From an uncultured Bacteroidota bacterium (GTDB lineage Bacteria > CLD3 > SB21), in assembly GCA_964535295.1 (NCBI GenBank), contig CAZHUW010000001.1:677-64676 (forward strand): a stretch of 64,000 nucleotides of DNA. The letters are read 5' to 3'. Every line of letters starts with the position of its first letter. Position 1 is the stretch's first letter. Shown here piece by piece: positions 57,930-64,000 of the stretch. The notes below the pieces were generated by a model. That model was not told where the DNA came from. It saw only the letters and a list, made by a program, of their open reading frames with translations, and ran no database searches. Both the position numbers and the translations under genes were made by a program.

Positions 57930-59695
57930 CAGACGATCCGAACAAAAAAGAGCTGGACAAACAAGCTTTGATCAAGGGCGAAGTTCAGGACGACGTCGAC
58001 CGTAAACTGCTTGAATTGTCCGCCCTTTTTGAGATCAGCCAGTTATTGAACTCCTCCCTTAATCTCAATTCCATCGTTGACAACATCCTGCTTTCCCCGA
58101 TGGGGCGTATGATGATCAATAAGGGATTATTCCTGCTGCACCGCGGCGAGAACCAATTTGAAATCTTCACGCTCAAAGGCCTTTCCAGAGAACTCATCGG
58201 AAAGAGAATCGCCTTGCCGGATCTGCCCCTTAAACCTTTTCTTATCGATGAGATAAAAGATGGCCGGTTCCCGTGGTTGTCTTTTTTTACCGAATTTGAT
58301 ATAAAATTATTTGTCCCGATCATTCTACGTAACGACGTCCTGGGGCTTGTGGCTTTCGGAAAAAAACTTATCGGAAAGAATTATATAGAAAGCGAAATCG
58401 AATTCCTTTCTTCGATCGCCAATATTGCGGCTACCAGTATCCAGAACGGTATCGTTTTCGAGGAGTTACGGAGCGTAAATGCACGTCTGGATAAGAAGAT
58501 CCAGGAACTCAACACCCTGTTCGACATCGGCAAAGAACTCAACGCCACGCTGGAATCGGCTAAGATAGCGCGCCTTCTTTCTTACGGCCTGATGGGCGAA
58601 ATGATGCTCAACAAGTTCGTGATCCTCGTTCGCCGTAACGAAACTATACAGATACTTGAAAAGCGCGCTTTCCCCAACATGGATCTCGCGCATCCGTCGC
58701 TTGAACTTTTATTTAATATCTCACATCCCTACTCTATGGAGGATTCAGAAGAAAGTGATCTGAATGCCGAATTGCTTCAACACGATGTTTCAGCCGTGGT
58801 TCCAATGCGATCGCAGGACCGAACCAAAGGCCTCCTGCTTCTTGGACAAAGGATCTCCAAGAAGAACTATACCCGGGAGGAACTAGATTTTTTGTATACC
58901 CTGGGAAATCAGGCCATGATCTCGCTGGAGAACGCCTGGCTATTTGAGGATTCATTGGAACGGAAGCGCCTTGAAGAAGAGCTTCTTGTTGCACGGAACA
59001 TTCAAATCGGCTTATTACCCGATTGTTTTCCCGATCTGAAAACTTTCGAAGTGTACGGCGTTAATATTTCATCGAAGCAGGTCGGCGGGGATTATTTCGA
59101 CGTGATCAAAGTGGATGAAGACAACTACATCGTGGCCATCGCGGACGTATCCGGTAAAGGAATCCCTGCTTCCCTACTGATGAGTAATGTACAGGCAAGC
59201 CTGCTGGCGCTGAGTACGGAGGTCAAGGCATTCGATCACCTCGTTGCAAAGGTGAACAATATCATTCATGCCAACACAACAGCGGATAAGTTCATTACCT
59301 TCTTCGGTGGAATACTTAATATTAAAGATCGTACGTTCACTTATGTGAATGCCGGCCACAACCCGCCTTACTGGGTCAAAACTGATGGAACCCTTCAAAC
59401 GCTTGACAAAGGCGGTTTGTTGTTGGGGCTCATGCCGGATGTACCTTATGAGTTCGAGATCATTCAAATGCAGCCCGATGAAAAGATCGTCATGTTCACC
59501 GACGGCGTCACGGAAGCTATGAACGAAAAAGAGGAACAATTCGAAGAGCCCAGGCTGGAAGAATTACTGAAATCCAATCGTAAATTGTCTGCTAAAGATT
59601 GCACAGAGCTCATTGCACAAGAGGTCAAGACTTTTGAGGGCAATGCGCCGCAATCCGACGATATTACCGTTGTCGTTATCAGGGCTCTTAAATAA
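57926..59695 (+). CDS. GAF-domain PP2C-type serine phosphatase (SpoIIE/RsbU family).
   Basis: Two GAF-like regions, then a PPM domain with metal-binding Asp motifs (VGGDYFDV, IADVSGKGIPAS, FTDGVTEA). Confidence 0.85.
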   Translation: MTDDPNKKELDKQALIKGEVQDDVDRKLLELSALFEISQLLNSSLNLNSIVDNILLSPMGRMMINKGLFLLHRGENQFEIFTLKGLSRELIGKRIALPDLPLKPFLIDEIKDGRFPWLSFFTEFDIKLFVPIILRNDVLGLVAFGKKLIGKNYIESEIEFLSSIANIAATSIQNGIVFEELRSVNARLDKKIQELNTLFDIGKELNATLESAKIARLLSYGLMGEMMLNKFVILVRRNETIQILEKRAFPNMDLAHPSLELLFNISHPYSMEDSEESDLNAELLQHDVSAVVPMRSQDRTKGLLLLGQRISKKNYTREELDFLYTLGNQAMISLENAWLFEDSLERKRLEEELLVARNIQIGLLPDCFPDLKTFEVYGVNISSKQVGGDYFDVIKVDEDNYIVAIADVSGKGIPASLLMSNVQASLLALSTEVKAFDHLVAKVNNIIHANTTADKFITFFGGILNIKDRTFTYVNAGHNPPYWVKTDGTLQTLDKGGLLLGLMPDVPYEFEIIQMQPDEKIVMFTDGVTEAMNEKEEQFEEPRLEELLKSNRKLSAKDCTELIAQEVKTFEGNAPQSDDITVVVIRALK

Positions 59696-59717
59696 AAAAG
59701 GGAACCGATAGGCTCCC
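59694..59717 (-). terminator. Hairpin plus U-tract terminator for the minus-strand tRNA-Leu. It may also end the convergent phosphatase gene.
   Basis: GGGAACC-GATA-GGCTCCC stem (one mismatch), preceded on the plus strand by A6, which is U6 on the minus strand. Confidence 0.45.
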
Positions 59718-59735
59718 TGTCTGGATATGTCTTTG

Positions 59736-59818
59736 TGCCGAAGAGGGGAGTTGAACCCCTACGCCCTTGCGGGCACTAGTACCTGAAACTAGCGTGTCTG
59801 CCATTTCACCACCTCGGC
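59736..59818 (-). tRNA. tRNA-Leu (anticodon CAG).
   Basis: The reverse complement GCCGAGG..GGTGAAATGGCAGAC..CTAGTTTCAGGTACTAG..long variable arm..GGGGTTCAACTCCCC..CTTCGGCA folds as a cloverleaf with a 7-bp acceptor stem, a T-loop GTTCAACT and a long extra arm. CCA is not encoded. Confidence 0.8.
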
Positions 59819-59932
59819 GATGATTCAAAGAACTGATGGCAACATACAAAAAGAAAAATATATTTTCAATACCTATCTGGAATTCATCTCATAAATTTTC
59901 TTACTACTAAATTTCAATAAAAAAATTTACCC

Positions 59933-61333
59933 ATGGCATTCCCTGTCGAACCCAAGCCCTTTTTGTATCGTTTGATACGCCTGATCGGTAAAATTGTTAT
60001 GGCTATCTTTTTCCGAAAGATCGAAGTGCGCCACAGCGAGTACATCCCCGACCTCGGCCCGGTCGTGTTTGTGGCCAATCATCCAAATTCTATCATGGAT
60101 GCTTTCGTCATCGGGGTAGCCATTAAGCGCAAGGTCAATTATATCGGCCATTCGGGGCTATTCAAACATCCCATTGCCAATAAATTCCTCCGCAGCTGCG
60201 GTGTGATCCCGATCGTGCGCAAAGGCGAAAGATCGGAGAAATACCAGGATAATACCGCTTCGTTTGAAGCCTGTTATCAGGCTCTGGAAGAGGGGCAGAC
60301 CATCGGCATTTTTCCTGAAGGGACAAGTGACATGCTCCGCCAGGTTAAAAAAGTTAAAACCGGCGCGGCGCGTATCATCTTGGAAACTGAAGCGCGTAAT
60401 GATCATCAATTGGGCATCAAAGTCATCCCCATCGGACTTCATTTTTTCTCCCGCAGCCGTTTCCGCAGCCGTGTTTTGGTGAATATCGGTAAACCTATCG
60501 ATCTCAGTTTCTATAATCACCAGAATCAGAGTAATCCAACCGAAGCGGTTCAAAATCTGACACTGGAAATCCAAAATCAGCTTGAACAGATCACGGTCAA
60601 TGTTCATCATCTGGAGCTTGACGACCTGGTACGTGATATTGAACTTATTTACCGTGAGGAACTGATCGGTGACACCGCACTGATCCCGGCGCACTTGTCG
60701 GACAATGTTGAGGAATTCATCATCACGCAGCGTATTGCTGAATGCGTTGATTATTATTATGCGCGCGAACCTCAGCGCGTGCAGGATATGCAGGGCCGGA
60801 TCACAGCTTATAAACGCAAACTTCAGCGGCTGAACCTCCGCGACGCAATGCTGCAGGAAAGAACAGTATTCTCGAAAGTTCTCGCCGGCAGCGCCAAAAA
60901 GTTCCTGCTTGCCTTACTCGGCCTGCCGTTGGCTATCTACGGGATCATTAATAATTTTTTCCCGCACAGTATAGCCATTTATTCGGCAAAGAAATTTCTC
61001 CATGAACGGACCAAGATCCTGACGGCGCTGCTTTTTGCCGGGGGGCCGGCATTTCTGTTCTTTTATGCGGTACAAACGTTTGCCGTATTTTATTACACGG
61101 GGGCCGGGTGGGCTCTTGCCTATTTCTTCACATTGCCTACTGCCGGTTTATTTGCTCTGGCATATACGCAGGACCTTCGGGAGGAACAGGAACTTATTTC
61201 ATTTTCATTTGTCTTATTCACTAACCGGCGCCTGATAAACAAAATGCGGAGAGAACGGCGAATGCTGATCAACGAAATGAATGCGGTCAAGACGGAATAT
61301 CTGGCTATTCTACAAACCAAGAAAAAGTCATGA
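59933..61333 (+). CDS. Lysophospholipid/glycerol-phosphate acyltransferase (PlsC/LPLAT family) with a long C-terminal membrane extension.
   Basis: HX4D motif in VANHPNSIMDAF, FPEGT motif (IFPEGTSD) and downstream TM helices. Confidence 0.75.
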   Translation: MAFPVEPKPFLYRLIRLIGKIVMAIFFRKIEVRHSEYIPDLGPVVFVANHPNSIMDAFVIGVAIKRKVNYIGHSGLFKHPIANKFLRSCGVIPIVRKGERSEKYQDNTASFEACYQALEEGQTIGIFPEGTSDMLRQVKKVKTGAARIILETEARNDHQLGIKVIPIGLHFFSRSRFRSRVLVNIGKPIDLSFYNHQNQSNPTEAVQNLTLEIQNQLEQITVNVHHLELDDLVRDIELIYREELIGDTALIPAHLSDNVEEFIITQRIAECVDYYYAREPQRVQDMQGRITAYKRKLQRLNLRDAMLQERTVFSKVLAGSAKKFLLALLGLPLAIYGIINNFFPHSIAIYSAKKFLHERTKILTALLFAGGPAFLFFYAVQTFAVFYYTGAGWALAYFFTLPTAGLFALAYTQDLREEQELISFSFVLFTNRRLINKMRRERRMLINEMNAVKTEYLAILQTKKKS

Positions 61334-62091
61334 ACGGACGCTCTCGTCTCTGGAACTTCTTTGACGGAGGCCTTATCCAGGCAGGGCTCAGCGATCTCAG
61401 TTATCACACGTCCATTGAACGGCTGGGGCGTTTGCTGATCAAGCGCGTCATTTGGCGACACCATACGAGCGAAAAAAAGGTCGCTTTGACCTTTGATGAC
61501 GGGCCTCATCCGGTCTTCACACCTCAGGTATTGGATGTACTTAAGGCTAATCTAGTTCCCGCAACTTTTTTCCTGATCGGAAAACATCTATCTGACCATC
61601 CGGATATCGGCAGGCGATTGGCTGCCGAAGGCCATGAATCGGCAAATCATACGTATTCACATCAACTTCTGATGCGTTTGGATGACGCCCGGATCAAAGA
61701 AGAGATTCATAAAACACATACCCTTGTTTCCCAACTCAACGGGCAATCTCCGCGTTTTCTGCGTCCCCCGATGGGCCTTTTTTCTAAAAGGGTCCTTGAC
61801 CTCATTGAGGATTCCGGATACCATACGGTGGTCGGCGATGTCTATCCCCGTGACCCTCACCGTCCCGGCAAAGAAAAGATCGTCAACCGCATCTTAACGC
61901 GTACTCAGCCCGGCTCGATTATCATTCTGCATGACGGCGGCAATACGGAGAAAGTTGACCGCAGTCAAACCGTGGAAGCAATTAAAGAAGTTATCCCTTT
62001 GTTGAAACAAAAAGGATTTGAATTCCTGACCCTTTCCGCCATGTTTAAATTAAGTGACTCATTGGCCGGTACGGCCAATGAAATTCGATGA
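61330..62091 (+). CDS. NodB-type polysaccharide deacetylase (carbohydrate esterase family 4).
   Basis: VALTFDDGPHP...ATFFLIG...HESANHTYSH is the CE4 motif set. Its start overlaps the acyltransferase stop (ATGA). Confidence 0.8.
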   Translation: MNGRSRLWNFFDGGLIQAGLSDLSYHTSIERLGRLLIKRVIWRHHTSEKKVALTFDDGPHPVFTPQVLDVLKANLVPATFFLIGKHLSDHPDIGRRLAAEGHESANHTYSHQLLMRLDDARIKEEIHKTHTLVSQLNGQSPRFLRPPMGLFSKRVLDLIEDSGYHTVVGDVYPRDPHRPGKEKIVNRILTRTQPGSIIILHDGGNTEKVDRSQTVEAIKEVIPLLKQKGFEFLTLSAMFKLSDSLAGTANEIR

Positions 62092-62118
62092 TCAACTACT
62101 TTTACTAACGGAGATCTT

Positions 62119-64000
62119 TATGCTAAGAAGATGTGTAATGGTTTTTTTGTTTCTGGCATCAGGTGCAACGGTTTTCGGGCAGTTTAAGATTTTTGAGAAA
62201 CCGCTCAGTCCCCGCATTGCTAATTACGCGATGAAAGCCAGGCTCTTTCCCGATACCAAGATCGTGGAGGGTTCGTATTTGCTTAATTGGTGGAACGCAT
62301 CTAACGATACGATCCGTGAATTGCAATTCCATCTGTATCTGAATGCGTTCAAGAACGAAAAATCAACGTTCATCCGTGAAAGCGGAGGAAGACACCGTTC
62401 CGGTGAGATCAAATTGGATAAAGAAAACTGGGGTTACATTGATGTTCTGTCCATGTCGATTCCAGGCGGCGAAGATTTGACAAACCGGATCGAATTCATT
62501 CATCCCGACGACGACAATACCGACGATCAGACAGTGATCCGTATCCCTTTATCCAAACCGATCCTGCCTTCTCAGAGCATTCAGATCGCATGTAATTTCA
62601 AATCCAAACTGCCTCGGGTGTATGCGCGAACCGGTTTCACTGAAGATAACTTTTTTATGATCGGACAATGGTTTCCCAAGATCGGCGTATGGAAGAACGG
62701 AGCATGGAATTGTCATCAATTTCATTCACAGACCGAATTCTTTGCGGATTTCGGCGTGTACGATATAGAATTGACCGTTCCGAAAAATTTTGTTGTAGGC
62801 GCCAACGCCCTGCTCGTGGATAAAAAAGAAATGGACAGCCTCGCAGTATACACATTTCATCAGGAAGATGTAATCGATGCGGTCTGGACCGCTTCTCCGG
62901 ATTTCAAAGAAGTAAAGCAAAAGGTTAAGATCGCATCCAGCGGCCGAGAGATCGAAGTAACTTATCTCCTTTCACCGGGACGCGAAATTCATGAAAAAAG
63001 GTATTTTGATTGCACTCAAGCTATGTTTAATTACTTTGACGAATGGTTCGGTCCGTATCCTTATCCTAATTTGACCATCGTGGATCCTCCGCTGGATGAA
63101 GAAATGACCGCCGGCGGCATGGAGTATCCGACACTGATCACGACCGGCAGTTTTTTTGGAAGCACCATAACCAGTGATCTCTTTGGCCTCAACATTCTTG
63201 AGATCGTCATGTTCCATGAATTTGCGCACAACTATTTCCAAAGTCTGGTCGCCAGCAATGAATTTGAAGAAGCGTGGCTCGATGAAGGGTTTACTTCCTA
63301 TGCTGAGCATCGCGCTTTGGACCGATATACAAAAGAAGGAAAAATCTCTTCCGGATATGGAAATATTTTCGGGCTTCCCATCCGATCCATAGATTATCAT
63401 CGTTTGGGCTATATACCCCGCCCGAAAAACGGGATCGTTGGTGAAAAGGCATGGATGATCCCGGAGAATTTCTATGCGACGGCCTCATACAGCAAACCGG
63501 TTTTGATCCTGTCCACATTGCAAAACCATCTCGGTGAAGAGGTGATGAATAAGGTCATGATGACCTATTTTGAGCGATGGAAGTTCAAACATCCTCAGGC
63601 CAAAGATTTTATCGCGGTGGTCAACGAAGTTACGGGAAACGATTTTACATGGTATTTCGATCAGTTCGTTTACACAAATCAAACCATTGACTTCGAGATC
63701 AGCAGCATAAGGAACACGGAGATCAAAGACCGTATGGGCTGGTTCGGCAACGGTGAAGAAAAAGCGTTTGTTAATGACAAGAAAGACAGCACGGAAGAAG
63801 GATCAGAAACATTATATCATTCTGTCGTTTCCGTACGGAATAACGGAACCGCGGTATTCCCGACAACGGTTTTGATCCGGTTTGCCAACGGCGATTCGGT
63901 AATTGAAAAATGGGACGGGAAAGAAAGCCCCAAACAGTTCACCTACGACAAAAATACAAAAGCCGTTTCGGCTTCCGTCGATCCAACCATGATCAACGTG
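62119..64000 (+). CDS. M1-family zinc metallopeptidase (aminopeptidase N-like). 5' portion only; it runs off the window end.
   Basis: Signal peptide. HEXXH in VMFHEFAHNYF and the downstream Glu in WLDEGFTSYAE. A GAMEN-like region (TAGGMEYPT). The frame stays open to nt 64000. Confidence 0.8.

Noticed and set aside
59736-59818. tRNA-Leu as an integration site of a genomic island or prophage.
   Set aside because: No integrase, recombinase, direct repeat of the tRNA 3' end or phage-like genes were seen on either side. The neighbours are a phosphatase and lipid-metabolism genes.
1-64000. CRISPR arrays, rRNA operons, IS elements and transposases.
   Set aside because: No regularly spaced direct repeats were seen. 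No ORF has DDE, HUH or serine-recombinase motifs, and no rRNA-like conserved stretches were recognised.

Overview
This is a bacterial chromosomal segment with about 60 protein genes, one tRNA-Leu(CAG) and several intrinsic terminators. There are no rRNA genes, CRISPR arrays, transposases or integrases. The content suggests an uncultured FCB-group (Bacteroidota/Ignavibacteria-like) organism: a Reg_prop/Y_Y_Y sensor kinase with a NarL-type regulator, GH57 and GH15 alpha-glucan enzymes, a bacilliredoxin and many TPR proteins. This assignment is inference. Housekeeping genes include ferritin, rsmI, rnpA, ftsY, argS, ptsN, yhbY, cyclophilin, trhO, ubiE, cystathionine beta-synthase and gamma-lyase, and a TolC-MacA-ABC efflux operon. 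prfB carries its classic programmed +1 frameshift, which the ORF track splits. Items that merit a second look: (1) an orphan EutN/CcmL-type BMC vertex protein with no shell genes in the window; (2) a fusion of a VTE5/dolichol-kinase-like polyprenol kinase to a DUF92 (VTE6-like) domain; (3) a STAS anti-sigma-antagonist gene followed by two tandem Roadblock/LC7 genes, with no MglA-type GTPase; (4) a cNMP-binding + DUF4388/PATAN-like + degenerate-receiver protein; (5) an AT-rich island with palindromes and a small wHTH-like ORF; (6) tandem S41 peptidase paralogs; (7) an amidase–deacetylase fusion and an acyltransferase–deacetylase pair; (8) a solitary patatin next to an orphan Opp-type ATPase; (9) a small TM-peptide ORF overlapping the start of a GAF–SpoIIE phosphatase. 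All calls were made by eye from the translations and motifs. No database search was run.
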